IMG/VR virus record: IMGVR_UViG_2887836811_000001 | Span: 19,490 to 83,489 of that record | DNA: 64,000 nt | Strand: one strand, 5' to 3' | Origin: a virus | In this document: positions 27,353 to 36,295 of the stretch, piece after piece | Layout of the letters: each line of letters opens with the position of its first letter | Position numbering within the stretch: position 1 is the stretch's first letter | Translations under genes and position numbers: made by a program | The notes under the pieces: model-generated | The model's input: the letters and a program-made list of their open reading frames with translations, nothing else | Told to the model about the DNA's origin: nothing | Database searches by the model: none

Positions 27353-28011
27353 GACTGGCCTCCGAGGGCGGCGTCCTCTTGCTTCTGAACGCGGACTAGG
27401 GCGTAGACGTCGGTCATGACCAGTTTCCCGGCCTCTGCGGCGATCACCTCGCGCTGATGCTGTTGCGCCCCTTCCGGCTGGGTGTGCAGGCCGTCGAACC
27501 GGTAGCCCTGACTCGTTTCGCTGACCACGGCGTACAGGGCCGCGTTCTCCACCTCGCTCAGCGCCACGTACTGCCGCTGCCCGGGCGTGCGCTGCCAGCG
27601 GTCGAGCATGCGGCCCAGCAGGGCGGTCGTCTCGCTGTCCGGCAGCTCGCGCAGGAGATCCCGGTGGGTTTCCGCGAGGCATTCCATGTGGCCCTCGTTG
27701 TCGAGGCGGTACAGGCTGACCTGCTCCCGCTCTGCTGCCAGCGCCTCGGCCTGCGCGCGCAGCTCGGCTTGCGCTTCGGCGAGGAGGGCGCGGTCAGGGT
27801 GCGCCTCGCCGTCCAGATCAGGCTGCTGCGGGCAGCGGCGCACCGTGTACCCCTGCGTGCCCAGCGCCTCCTGCACGTCCGGGTGATCGGACCAGCGGCG
27901 ATAGGACACGCGCCCACTCGGGTCCACGATCTCCACGTACACGGGCGGGCGGACGGGCCGGGCGAGGTGCTCGTCGATGCGGTCGGTCAGGGGCTGCGTG
28001 TCGGTGGTCAT
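27349..28011 (-). CDS. hypothetical protein
   Basis: Coupled ORF with host-like codon usage. Confidence 0.65.
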   Translation of the reverse strand: MTTDTQPLTDRIDEHLARPVRPPVYVEIVDPSGRVSYRRWSDHPDVQEALGTQGYTVRRCPQQPDLDGEAHPDRALLAEAQAELRAQAEALAAEREQVSLYRLDNEGHMECLAETHRDLLRELPDSETTALLGRMLDRWQRTPGQRQYVALSEVENAALYAVVSETSQGYRFDGLHTQPEGAQQHQREVIAAEAGKLVMTDVYALVRVQKQEDAALGGQS

Positions 28012-28607
28012 TTCCGGTTCTCCTGTGCGGCGAGGACGGCCTGCACGGCGTTCAGCCTGAGCCCCGTGGCAGCGGCGATCTGCTCGGGCGTGGCGGTGGG
28101 CTGGCGGTGCTGCGCGTCCTGTACCTCACTCAGCGCCATGAGTGCGCCGGGGATGCTGACGTTCAGGGCCGTGGCGATGGCTTGCGTTTCGGGGTACAGC
28201 TCAACAGTCGCAGTGTCGAATGCGTTCATGGTCATCTCCGGGCCTGAGCGGGGGCTGGTGCTGGGGGCGGGGGTGAGCAGGGTGGGCGTGCCAATCGGCG
28301 GTGTCCAGTACTCCACGGCGCCGCTGCCCTGGCAGTGGGTGCACGTGGGGTTCGGGGGAAGCAGGTCGGCCTCGTCCCACTCCTCGGGGATGGTGCAGTC
28401 GCAGGGCACGGTCTCGAACGGCTGGTCGCGCAGCTGCTCGTACGCGCGCAGGGCGCCCTGCCAGAACGGGCTGCCTTCCAGGTGATGCCCGACTGGCACC
28501 TCCCCGCCCGCCTCGATGTGCGCCGCGAGGGCCAGGGCCGCCGCCGACACGTCCCGCAGGGCGTCCATGCGGCGGGTGCGGAGCAGGGGGTTCTTCAGCT
28601 CGTTCAT
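28008..28607 (-). CDS. hypothetical protein with DnaJ-type Zn-finger half and C-terminal HTH-like segment
   Basis: CDC...CTHCQGSG; ATPEQIAAATGL. Confidence 0.6.
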   Translation of the reverse strand: MNELKNPLLRTRRMDALRDVSAAALALAAHIEAGGEVPVGHHLEGSPFWQGALRAYEQLRDQPFETVPCDCTIPEEWDEADLLPPNPTCTHCQGSGAVEYWTPPIGTPTLLTPAPSTSPRSGPEMTMNAFDTATVELYPETQAIATALNVSIPGALMALSEVQDAQHRQPTATPEQIAAATGLRLNAVQAVLAAQENRK

Positions 28608-28801
28608 GCCTTCTCCTTCAGGGCTGCTTCGCCTGCTTCAGTGAGGCGGTACGGGCATTTCTCGGTGAGGTCGTACTTGGGGGTGACGTGCATCAGGCCG
28701 TCCCGGATGAGTGCGCGAACGTCGTCGCCCTGTGTGCTGTTCAGGGGCTTCCCGGTCTGCACGAGCCGCAGCACGGCAAGTTCAGCGGGTGAGCGTGGCA
28801 A
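28604..28801 (-). CDS. small winged-helix-like protein
   Basis: ALIRDGL...YRLTEAGEAAL. Confidence 0.55.
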   Translation of the reverse strand: MPRSPAELAVLRLVQTGKPLNSTQGDDVRALIRDGLMHVTPKYDLTEKCPYRLTEAGEAALKEKA

Positions 28802-29306
28802 GCTGCGCCTCCAGTTCCTTCATGCGGGCCTGCGCCTGCTCCCGCTCGCGCAGCAGGAGGTGCAGGGCCTGCACCGGCCCGACGTAACAGACGGTGACGG
28901 GATACGCGCCGAGAATCACGCGCTCCAGTTCCCGCACGGTCTGGATGGCCGCCGGGACGCCACTGTGGCCCTCCTTGCGGATGAGGTCCTCGAAGGTCAG
29001 TTCGGGCGCCAGGTCGAGCAGTTGAGCGAGGAAGCGCACGGCCATCGTCGTCCAGACACCCACGGCGACCTGCGTCTGCATCGGCAGTTCCGGGCGGCGC
29101 TGAATCCACGTGCCGTACATGGCGACGTCGAGCAGTTCCTGCGCGAGGTGCACGAGTTGCTCGGGCAGGGTGTCCGGGTTGTCCGCGAGGGTCTGCCCGT
29201 ACTTGCTGAAGCCCTCCTGCACGCGCCAGTCGAGGACGCGCTGAAGCAGTTCGGGAAGGCGGGGCTTGAGTTGCTCCGCGACGGCGCAGGTGACGAGGGT
29301 GGTCAT
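28782..29306 (-). CDS. hypothetical protein, possible all-alpha NTP pyrophosphatase-like
   Basis: GFSKYGQTL...LAQELLDVAMY; AAGGAG RBS. Confidence 0.45.
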   Translation of the reverse strand: MTTLVTCAVAEQLKPRLPELLQRVLDWRVQEGFSKYGQTLADNPDTLPEQLVHLAQELLDVAMYGTWIQRRPELPMQTQVAVGVWTTMAVRFLAQLLDLAPELTFEDLIRKEGHSGVPAAIQTVRELERVILGAYPVTVCYVGPVQALHLLLREREQAQARMKELEAQLATLTR

Positions 29307-29614
29307 GGGTGCTCCTTGATGATTCGGGCGCGGTCGCCGTAATAACGAAAGAGGCTGGGGATGCTCTCCCCGGCAGCTCGGCGGGCGCGGATGCGGTCGT
29401 GGATGTGGCGCGGCGTCTGCGGTTTGCGGGGCTTCGGCCCCCACGAGATCCAGAGGTTCAGCACGTCGCACCAGTCGTCATCGGTGAGGTGTCCGCGCTG
29501 GATGGCCTGCTTCACGCTGCTGACGTGGACATCCTTGAGCCGCAGCGCGTGGATGAGGGTGAGTTCCGCCGCGACGTGCGGCGGAAGGCGTTCACTCCTC
29601 GGCATCCAGGTCAC
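29303..29614 (-). CDS. hypothetical protein with C-terminal HTH-like segment
   Basis: IRARRAAGESIPSL. Confidence 0.55.
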   Translation of the reverse strand: MTWMPRSERLPPHVAAELTLIHALRLKDVHVSSVKQAIQRGHLTDDDWCDVLNLWISWGPKPRKPQTPRHIHDRIRARRAAGESIPSLFRYYGDRARIIKEHP

Positions 29615-29909
29615 GGTGGGTGACGGCGCGCAGCTGGTCGTACGTGAGGGTGGCCGTGCGGCGCAGGACGTACCCGCGCAGACTGCGGTGCCCGCTGTGC
29701 GCGTCGTACTGAGGCAGGAGCGTCCACTCCGCCGGAATGCCGGCGGCCGTCAGGTCCCGCGCGTTCCGCAGGCTGATGAACTCCCCCTCGCGGTACAACC
29801 CGAAGCGGTCCGGGTCGGCGTGGCGGCGGCCGTAGTTCTTCAGGACGCTGATCTGCTCGTCGAAGCTCAGGCCCGGCAGGAGGTCGTGCACGGCGGCGGG
29901 GGCAGTCAC
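29592..29909 (-). CDS. hypothetical protein
   Basis: GTGA coupling. Confidence 0.55.
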   Translation of the reverse strand: MTAPAAVHDLLPGLSFDEQISVLKNYGRRHADPDRFGLYREGEFISLRNARDLTAAGIPAEWTLLPQYDAHSGHRSLRGYVLRRTATLTYDQLRAVTHRDLDAEE

Positions 29910-30118
29910 GCGGCCACCCCCTGCGCGGTGGGCGCCGCCTGATCGAGGTACCCGCGTCCCTCGCAGGTCTCGCAGCCCCAGTAGTCGTGGTAGTGCCAGC
30001 CGCGCAGGCCCTGGCAGGTGGGACACTGGGCGCACCCGGCGGGCACGCGGCTCGGGAGACCGGCCAGCACGATCAGCAGGTCAAGGCAGAAGTCCAGCAG
30101 CAGTCGGATAAAGGTCAC
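29906..30118 (-). CDS. small protein with hydrophobic N-terminus and CxxCxG Zn finger
   Basis: CPTCQG...CETCEGRG. Confidence 0.6.
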   Translation of the reverse strand: MTFIRLLLDFCLDLLIVLAGLPSRVPAGCAQCPTCQGLRGWHYHDYWGCETCEGRGYLDQAAPTAQGVAA

Positions 30119-30717
30119 GCGGCGCCGTCCTTCGCTTGCGGGGCGGGGTGCAGGCTACCCAGCGCCGCCTTCAGATGTTTGAATACCTCGCGCTGCAGGT
30201 CCAGATCCTCGGGGAGTTCCTGACGAAGCTGCTCCATCGCCTGTATCAGGTGCGCGCCGCCGGGCGTGCGTTCGTGGTCGGGGCGGGCCCAGTCGGGCAG
30301 TTCGGGCGTCTGGATGGGCTTGCGGCCCGCGTCGTCCCAGTCAGCCCAGGTTTTCGGCAGGTCGTACAGGTAGCGGCCGATGCCGAAGTGCACCGCGCAG
30401 CGTTTCAGGGCGTCACTGGCGGCGGCCTTGATGGTGCCCAGGTCGCCTTCGGCTGCTTCCCCGATGTCCTCGCGGGTGACGCCCAGGACGGTCAGGATGC
30501 CCTTGGCGGTGGGCTGGCGGGTGCCGGGGATGACTTCGACGCGGAACTCCCAGTCGTTCGCCACCACGGCGTCCAGGCGGTCCTGCACGGCGCGGGCGTC
30601 GATGTGCGCGAGCATCAGCGCGCGGCTGCGGTCCCGGCTGAACGCGCTGGGCTTCCAGTGGATCATGTGGGCGGGGAAGGGGGCCTTCAGGCGTTTCTCG
30701 ACGTCGGCTAGTTTCAT
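30115..30717 (-). CDS. ddrA: DdrA / Rad52-Rad22 family ssDNA-annealing protein
   Basis: MKLADVEKRLKAPFP, DARAVQDRLD, AASDALKRCAVHFGIGRYLY and the DdrA-type tail WARPDHERTPGGAHL...ELPEDLDLQREV; GGAGG RBS. Confidence 0.85.
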   Translation of the reverse strand: MKLADVEKRLKAPFPAHMIHWKPSAFSRDRSRALMLAHIDARAVQDRLDAVVANDWEFRVEVIPGTRQPTAKGILTVLGVTREDIGEAAEGDLGTIKAAASDALKRCAVHFGIGRYLYDLPKTWADWDDAGRKPIQTPELPDWARPDHERTPGGAHLIQAMEQLRQELPEDLDLQREVFKHLKAALGSLHPAPQAKDGAA

Positions 30718-30848
30718 GTGGTCCTCCGGGCGAATTCCGTCTGGTCGGCGCGGGCGGCGCGCAGCAGGCGCATCAGGGCGAAACTGGGGGTGGGGTACTG
30801 GGCGCGGAACAGGGCGGCCACGCGGTCCGCGAGGTCGGGGCGGGTCAC
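30714..30848 (-). CDS. 44-aa hypothetical protein (below ORF-track cutoff)
   Basis: GTG start overlaps the upstream stop and its TGA overlaps the ddrA ATG. Confidence 0.5.
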   Translation of the reverse strand: MTRPDLADRVAALFRAQYPTPSFALMRLLRAARADQTEFARRTT

Positions 30849-31114
30849 TATCCCCACGCCCCTGCGAGGACGGCGATGCGGTCCGCTTCCACCCAGGCGC
30901 GGTGAAGGATGCTGGCGTCGTCGACGGCCGCCCGCAGACGGGCGAGGCGGACAAGGCTAGCCGTGTCGTCATTGAGGGCGTGGGACATGGCTTGCCGGGC
31001 GCGCGTCAGTTCGCGGTACGCCCGTTCGCGGTTCGCAGCGATGGCCTGGTGGTGACGGGGGGCGAATTTAGCGAGGCGTAGTGGCGCGACGGAGAGGTAA
31101 CTGAAGCCGCTCAC
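30848..31114 (-). CDS. hypothetical helical protein
   Basis: GTGA coupling with 31111-31596. Confidence 0.55.
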   Translation of the reverse strand: MSGFSYLSVAPLRLAKFAPRHHQAIAANRERAYRELTRARQAMSHALNDDTASLVRLARLRAAVDDASILHRAWVEADRIAVLAGAWG

Positions 31115-31596
31115 AGGAGCCACGCGGCGCCTTCGGCGGCGGCACTCAGGACATCCTGGGGCACGGCGCGGGCGGCCTGCCACTGCGCTTTGAGGGCGCC
31201 CTGGTCGGCGGCGTTGTCGAGGCGCTCGTGTACGCTGGCGATTTCGCCGGGGCTCAGGGCGTGCAGGGCGCTGAGGGTGCCGGCGGGGAGGCCGCAGGCC
31301 CACGCGGCGAAGTCGACGGCCTGCGGGGCGCTCAGGGCCCAGGGTTCGGGGCTGAGGCGGTTCACGAGGCGGTCGGTGGGGCTCAGGTGCGCGGGGGCGG
31401 CCATGCCGGCGGTGAGGGTGCCGAGGTAGGCGGTGCGGGCGCGGTCGGTCTCGGCGCTCAGATGGGCGAGGCGGGCGGGGTCGCTGGGTCGGGTGTTCAT
31501 GAGGCCCTCCGTGGTTTCCGCGTCGAGCGCGGCCATGTACGCGTCGAACGCCGCGCGCTGCGGGTGACAGGCACCGTCCGTTGCAGTTGCGTTCAT
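31111..31596 (-). CDS. hypothetical protein, first gene of leftward early operon
   Basis: Leaderless start 7 nt after TACAAT. Confidence 0.65.
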   Translation of the reverse strand: MNATATDGACHPQRAAFDAYMAALDAETTEGLMNTRPSDPARLAHLSAETDRARTAYLGTLTAGMAAPAHLSPTDRLVNRLSPEPWALSAPQAVDFAAWACGLPAGTLSALHALSPGEIASVHERLDNAADQGALKAQWQAARAVPQDVLSAAAEGAAWLL

Positions 31597-31603
31597 GCCT
31601 CAG

Positions 31604-31633
31604 ATTGTAACGGTGAGTGACAATCATTGCAAC
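31604..31633 (-). promoter_or_regulatory. promoter TTGCAA-N17-TACAAT with embedded operator ATTGTAAC-N5-GTGACAAT
   Basis: 28/30 identical to the reverse complement of 36259-36288. Confidence 0.8.
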
Positions 31634-31653
31634 TCTTGATGCCGCCCCACCGA

Positions 31654-31684
31654 GTATGTCAGTATGTCTGTATGTCAAGACATA
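31654..31684 (+). repeat. parS/operator-like array: three GTATGTC[A/T] plus one inverted copy over the parA start
   Basis: GTATGTCA GTATGTCT GTATGTCA AGACATA. Confidence 0.75.
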
Positions 31685-32250
31685 AGCGCAGGAGAATTGT
31701 CGTCGGCAGCGCGAAAGGCGGCGTCGGGAAAACCACCATCGCCGCGCACCTCGCCCGGTCCCTGAAAGCCACCCTCGTCGACCTCGACCCGGAAGGCTCC
31801 ACCAAAGCGATGCGCGACCACGGCCTGAACATCGTCTACGCCGCCCCGCCCGTCAGCGAGACGGAATGCCTGGTGCTCGACGTTCCCGCCAACACCTCCA
31901 GCAGCGCCGCGCGCCTGAACACCGCCGCGCGCCACGCCACACACCTGATCATCCCCATGCGCCCCGGTGACCTGGAACTCGACCGCCTGGAGAACACCCT
32001 GAGCAGCATCCACGGGCACGTCAGCGAAAGCGTCCGCGTCGGCGTCCTCCTGAACTTCGCCGGCCGCGACGCCCTCACCCGCGACACCCTCGACGCCCTG
32101 AACTGGTTGCAGGGCGAGTCCCGCGTGCCCTTCAGCGTGATCGGCAGCCTCCCCGACCGCAAGGCGTTCACCCGCGCCCTCACCAACGGCTTCCGGGGCA
32201 CCCTGCACCTCCCCGAGTACGAACGGGTCGTACAGTGGGCCCGGAAATGA
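31672..32250 (+). CDS. parA: ParA-family partition ATPase (short, type Ib)
   Basis: KGGVGKTT deviant Walker A, LVDLDPEG, LVLDVP. Confidence 0.9.
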   Translation: MSRHKRRRIVVGSAKGGVGKTTIAAHLARSLKATLVDLDPEGSTKAMRDHGLNIVYAAPPVSETECLVLDVPANTSSSAARLNTAARHATHLIIPMRPGDLELDRLENTLSSIHGHVSESVRVGVLLNFAGRDALTRDTLDALNWLQGESRVPFSVIGSLPDRKAFTRALTNGFRGTLHLPEYERVVQWARK

Positions 32251-32486
32251 CCAAGCCCAGGAAGAAGGCCAACCCCATGCTCCAGCGCACCCAGGAACGC
32301 GTCGCGCAGAAACCCCTGGCGTCCACGCCAGCAGCGACCCCGGCGCGTGAGGGTGTCGTCCGCACCACCATCTACCTGCCCCGCCACCTGCACGAGCACT
32401 GGGGCATCGAGGCCAAGAAGGCCCGCACCACCCTCAGTGAAGCCGTCCGGCAGGCCCTCACCGACCGCTTCGGAGAACCGGAGTGA
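32247..32486 (+). CDS. ribbon-helix-helix centromere-binding protein (ParG-like)
   Basis: RTTIYLP strand followed by two helices (TLSEAVRQAL); coupled to parA. Confidence 0.75.
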   Translation: MTKPRKKANPMLQRTQERVAQKPLASTPAATPAREGVVRTTIYLPRHLHEHWGIEAKKARTTLSEAVRQALTDRFGEPE

Positions 32487-32543
32487 TCTAGTTCACGGCG
32501 TCACAATTTCGTCAGTTTCTCGCCGCTCGAAAGGGCGGCGTCG

Positions 32544-33101
32544 TCATCTCGCTATGGCGAGCCGCAGCAGGCCGCCCAGCACCTCGCCGGGCACCTGCTC
32601 CCCAGGGGCCGCCCGCAGCGCCCACAGCCCACCCTGCCAGCGCGTCAGCACCATGCCGGTCGTCACCTGCGTATCCACCACGGCGCCCACCAGATCCGCC
32701 ACGTCCGCCGCGACCGTCAGCACGCCCTGCACGCCGCCTTTTAATCCCACGACCCGTTCTGACGCGCTGCCCAGTTCTCCCGCGCCGTGACCCAGGGGCG
32801 GCGGCCGGAATGTCTTCCACCGCACCCACGCTTCCTCAGGGATTCCAAAATATGTTCGCGCCTCGATGTCACTCATGCCCAGGGCTGTCAACAATCGTTC
32901 GACCAATTCTTGACTCATGTTCGCCAGGTCATACGCGCCGGTCATATATCTATTGAGGATCTGCCGCTGAATCCCTGAATCTAATGCAAATTGAGACTGC
33001 GTGATCTTCCGTTCCTGCAGGATGAACGTGAGGGCAATCCCTCTAGAGCGGGGGTCGTTGCGGCGGGCCGGGAAACTGACTTTCGGGGGGAGGGGAGCCA
33101 T
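32544..33101 (-). CDS. XRE-family immunity repressor (CI-like)
   Basis: HTH ITQSQFALDSGIQRQILNRY; divergent from a Cro-like gene; promoter TTGACG-N17-TACGCT. Confidence 0.75.
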   Translation of the reverse strand: MAPLPPKVSFPARRNDPRSRGIALTFILQERKITQSQFALDSGIQRQILNRYMTGAYDLANMSQELVERLLTALGMSDIEARTYFGIPEEAWVRWKTFRPPPLGHGAGELGSASERVVGLKGGVQGVLTVAADVADLVGAVVDTQVTTGMVLTRWQGGLWALRAAPGEQVPGEVLGGLLRLAIAR

Positions 33102-33267
33102 AATGTAACGAGCGTATACAGTTGCACTCGGGGCGTCAAGTAGATAATCTGCCGTTACAGACGCGCTCTTTGAGGGGCACCGGTTCATGAAGCGGGCGGA
33201 AAGTGCCGTGTAATGGGAAGTAACAGTTAAGTTGCTTCCATTGGAACTGTCCGTTACAGTAGATGGC
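33102..33267. promoter_or_regulatory. divergent immunity switch region
   Basis: Plus strand: TTGCTT (33232)-N17-TACAGT (33255)-N7-GTG, with operator ATTGGAAC-N5-GTTACAGT at 33240-33260. Minus strand: TTGACG-N17-TACGCT. Confidence 0.7.
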
Positions 33268-33645
33268 GTGAGTGTAGCGTCCCCCCGGAATCCCACCTGG
33301 CCGTTCGACCTGCCACGCGCCCGGCGCCTGATGGCGGACCGGCAGGTGGATGACGGGGCGATGGTGCGGCTGCTTGGTGCTCAGGACGTGTCGGCCACGG
33401 TGGCCCGCAACGTCCTGAAGGGCCGCACGTCCGGCGTGACCCAGGGCGTCCTGTGGGCGTTCGCGGCGGTGCTGGGGGTGGGGGCGCGTGAGCTGGTGCT
33501 GTCCCCTCGTGACGTGCGCTACACTCGCACCAAGTCCGCGTCTGTCCCGCGAGGGAACTCCCAAAATGACGATGACCTCCCGCGCCAACGGAAGGTCAAA
33601 GGGACGATCAGAAACAGGAAACAACAAAAAACTCAAGTGCTCTAA
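33268..33645 (+). CDS. Cro-like HTH protein
   Basis: VSATVARNVLKGRT...LWAFAAVLGVGARELV; leaderless GTG. Confidence 0.65.
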   Translation: MSVASPRNPTWPFDLPRARRLMADRQVDDGAMVRLLGAQDVSATVARNVLKGRTSGVTQGVLWAFAAVLGVGARELVLSPRDVRYTRTKSASVPRGNSQNDDDLPRQRKVKGTIRNRKQQKTQVL

Positions 33646-33666
33646 GTGTAACCGCCGGTCACACTT
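33644..33666. promoter_or_regulatory. operator-like palindrome AAGTGTAAC-N5-GTCACACTT
   Basis: Matches the TGTNAC-N5-GTNACA consensus; upstream of the rep gene. Confidence 0.6.
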
Positions 33667-33717
33667 CGTGCAACTGTTGTTCCGATTTTCTGGCCGTTCT
33701 GGACGAACGAGACCTTC

Positions 33718-34863
33718 ATGCTTCAAAAAACCCAGCGTCCCGCCGCGCCGCTGTTCCCGGTGCGCGCCCCTCACACCCGCCGCGAGGCGGGGACCTTCAC
33801 CGCCCTCGACAACGGCGCCGTGGCGTTTCTCAAGCGCCAGGGCACTGTCCTGTCCCGCTGCTACGCGGCCATCGCGGAGCGCGCGAACTACAAGCGCCTG
33901 CCCCGCCTGACGGTCGGCGGGCTGATCGAGGCGCTCGGCGGGGACGTCAGCGCCCGCTCGGTCGAACTGGCCGTGCGCCGGCTCGTGACCCTCGGGGAGA
34001 TCCGCCGCGAGGGCAGCGCGTACCTGCTGCCGAAAGAAGTTGCGAAAGATCCTGCGAAAAATCTTTCGGTGTTCCCGGCGGAAAATCCCGTCCAGGGCGT
34101 CTTTGCGAAGTCCCTGAAGGAAGTAGAAGGAAGTAGAAGGAAGTTAAAGACTCTCCCCACTCTCTACTGGCACGTCCGCTTCCGCGCTCCGCTCGTGAGC
34201 GCGGGGGGAACCCCTGTCAGGAAAAAGGATGATGTTCAACCGAGTCGTGAAGTGCAGGCGCCTGTCGGCGCGGCCCCTGTCGGGGCCAGTCAGGAGATCC
34301 GGATTGACCTCACCAGGTTCAGCCCGAAGGGAGGAGACGACGTGAACGCGAATGGTGCGCAGAAGGTTCCGGGCGGCCCGGCGGGCCCGCTCGCGGCGGC
34401 CGGGCTGCTGGACGTGTGGCAGGACTGGCTGCGGTCGCAGCCGCGCCTGTCCCCGGTGGCGCGGGACTTGCAGCTGCGCCAGTGGGTGCAGTGGGTTGGG
34501 GCGGGCCTCGCGCAGCCCCTGCGGGAGCACGCGACGTTCGTGATGACCGCCGGGTACGGGGCGCCACACGCCGGGCTGCTCAAGCGCATGGAAGGCGCCG
34601 TGCCGCCCCCCGCGCCGCGCCCGACCGCGCCGGTCGACCCGGATGAGGTGGCGGTGCTGAGCGAGGAGCGCCTGTGCGAACTCGACGCGCGCTTCAAGAT
34701 CGGCAGCATCTGGCGCGACGCGAAGGGCCATAAGATCATTGCCGGGGGCGTGAACGACGACGGGAGCCTGATCGTGCAGTCCGTCATTCTCCCGCACGGG
34801 GAGTTCACCAGGGGCGCGGACCTTCCGCTGGAGCAGGCGCTGCGCCTGGAGCGCGTCCAGTGA
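33718..34863 (+). CDS. replication initiator (HTH)
   Basis: Winged-helix SARSVELAVRRLVTLGEI; precedes dnaB; internal A-rich repeats. Confidence 0.65.
   Translation: MLQKTQRPAAPLFPVRAPHTRREAGTFTALDNGAVAFLKRQGTVLSRCYAAIAERANYKRLPRLTVGGLIEALGGDVSARSVELAVRRLVTLGEIRREGSAYLLPKEVAKDPAKNLSVFPAENPVQGVFAKSLKEVEGSRRKLKTLPTLYWHVRFRAPLVSAGGTPVRKKDDVQPSREVQAPVGAAPVGASQEIRIDLTRFSPKGGDDVNANGAQKVPGGPAGPLAAAGLLDVWQDWLRSQPRLSPVARDLQLRQWVQWVGAGLAQPLREHATFVMTAGYGAPHAGLLKRMEGAVPPPAPRPTAPVDPDEVAVLSEERLCELDARFKIGSIWRDAKGHKIIAGGVNDDGSLIVQSVILPHGEFTRGADLPLEQALRLERVQ
34116..34145 (+). repeat. three tandem GAAGGAAGT[A/T], putative origin iterons
   Basis: Directly visible inside the rep gene, near TGCGAA repeats. Confidence 0.55.
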
Positions 34864-36242
34864 GCGAGATGACCCTCAGTCCGCGCGTCCCCCCGCACAG
34901 CGAGGACGCCGAGATCGCGGTGCTCGGCAGCGTCCTACTGAGCGAGGACACCCTCACCGGGGAGCACGTGAGCGCCCTGACGCCCGCGCACTTCTACGCC
35001 CGCAAGCACCAGCTGATCTTCGCGGCGATGCTCACCCTGCGCGGCCGGGGCGACCCGCCGGACCTCGTGACGCTGCAGGTGTACCTGCACGACCTGGGGC
35101 AGCTCGACGAGGCGGGGGGACTGGTGTACCTGATGGGCCTGGGCGATCAGGTGCCGACCAGCGCCTACGCGGAGCGGTACGCGATGATCGTCAAGGAGAA
35201 GTGGGTCCAGCGGGAACTGATCCGGCAGGCCGGGGAACTCATGCGGACCGTGTACGACGGGGGCCGCGCGCTGGAGGACCTGATGGCGCAGGCGGCGAAC
35301 GTCGGCGCGAACCTCGACGTGAACGCCCACCGGGGCGCGTACGGCATCGACGAGGTGATGAGCGGCCTCGTGACCGGCCTGAGTGCCGGCAACGCCGCCC
35401 GCCCGGTCCCCACGGGCTTCCGGGACCTGGACCGGCAGATCGGGGGTGGGCTCGTCGATGCCAGCCTGACGGTCGTCGCCGCGCGCCCCAGCATGGGCAA
35501 GACGGCCCTGAGCGTGCAGCTCTCCATGAACGTCGCGGCGGCCCTGCGCCCCACGGACGCCCCGGCGGACGGGCAGGCGATCATCGTGAGTCTGGAGATG
35601 CCCCGTGACCAGCTCGGCATGCGCCTGCTGGCCGGGGAGGCCCGCGTGGACAGCACCCGCCTGAAGGACGCGGAGGCCGGGAAGGTCCAGCTGAACGAGC
35701 GGGACTGGGAGCGCGTCGCGTACGCCAGCGAGAAGATCGCGCGGCTGCCCCTGGTGTTCCTCGACGACGCAGTGCAGGACGCGAACGTGCACCTGCTCGC
35801 CAACCGCCTGCGCCGCATGCACCGCGAGAAACCCGTCCGCTTCGTGATGATCGACTACCTGCAACTGATGAACGCTGGCGGCAAGAGCGGCGGCGGGGAG
35901 AACCGCCAGCAGGAGATCAGCACGATCAGCCGCATGCTCAAGGCCCTCGCCCGCGAACTGGCGGCGCCCGTCGTGGTCCTCTCGCAGCTGTCGCGCGCCG
36001 TGGAGCAGCGCCCGAACCACCGGCCGATGCTCAGTGACCTGCGGGAGTCCGGGGCGATCGAGCAGGACGCGGACGTCGTGATGTTCATTTACCGGGACGA
36101 GTATTACAACAAGCAGACCGACCAGCAGGGCGTCGCGGAGATCATCGTCGGCAAGCAGCGCAACGGGCCGGTGGGCACCGTGAAGCTCCAGTACCACGCG
36201 GCGCACGTGCGCTTCAACGACCTGGCGGCGGGTGAGGGATAA
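34860..36242 (+). CDS. dnaB: replicative DNA helicase DnaB
   Basis: PPHSEDAE, AARPSMGKT, MIDYLQLM, LSQLSRAVEQR, DLRESGAIEQDAD, KQRNGPVG. Confidence 0.95.
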   Translation: MSEMTLSPRVPPHSEDAEIAVLGSVLLSEDTLTGEHVSALTPAHFYARKHQLIFAAMLTLRGRGDPPDLVTLQVYLHDLGQLDEAGGLVYLMGLGDQVPTSAYAERYAMIVKEKWVQRELIRQAGELMRTVYDGGRALEDLMAQAANVGANLDVNAHRGAYGIDEVMSGLVTGLSAGNAARPVPTGFRDLDRQIGGGLVDASLTVVAARPSMGKTALSVQLSMNVAAALRPTDAPADGQAIIVSLEMPRDQLGMRLLAGEARVDSTRLKDAEAGKVQLNERDWERVAYASEKIARLPLVFLDDAVQDANVHLLANRLRRMHREKPVRFVMIDYLQLMNAGGKSGGGENRQQEISTISRMLKALARELAAPVVVLSQLSRAVEQRPNHRPMLSDLRESGAIEQDADVVMFIYRDEYYNKQTDQQGVAEIIVGKQRNGPVGTVKLQYHAAHVRFNDLAAGEG

Positions 36243-36258
36243 CCGGATGTAATTCCTC

Positions 36259-36288
36259 GTTGCAATGATTGTCACTGTCCGTTACAAT
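36259..36288 (+). promoter_or_regulatory. promoter TTGCAA-N17-TACAAT with operator; leaderless to ATG 36296
   Basis: Near-identical inverted copy of 31604-31633. Confidence 0.8.
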
Positions 36289-36295
36289 TCAGGGC

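Noticed and set aside
30718..30850. RDRM (DdrO box) upstream of ddrA
   Set aside because: No convincing 17-bp match by eye, and the interval is filled by a coupled 44-aa ORF.
31604..36288. 30-bp inverted repeats as an invertible segment or IS ends around par-rep-dnaB
   Set aside because: Each copy is fully explained as -35/-10 plus operator at a fixed distance from a start codon, and a third related copy lies at 63.2 kb. No transposase is present.
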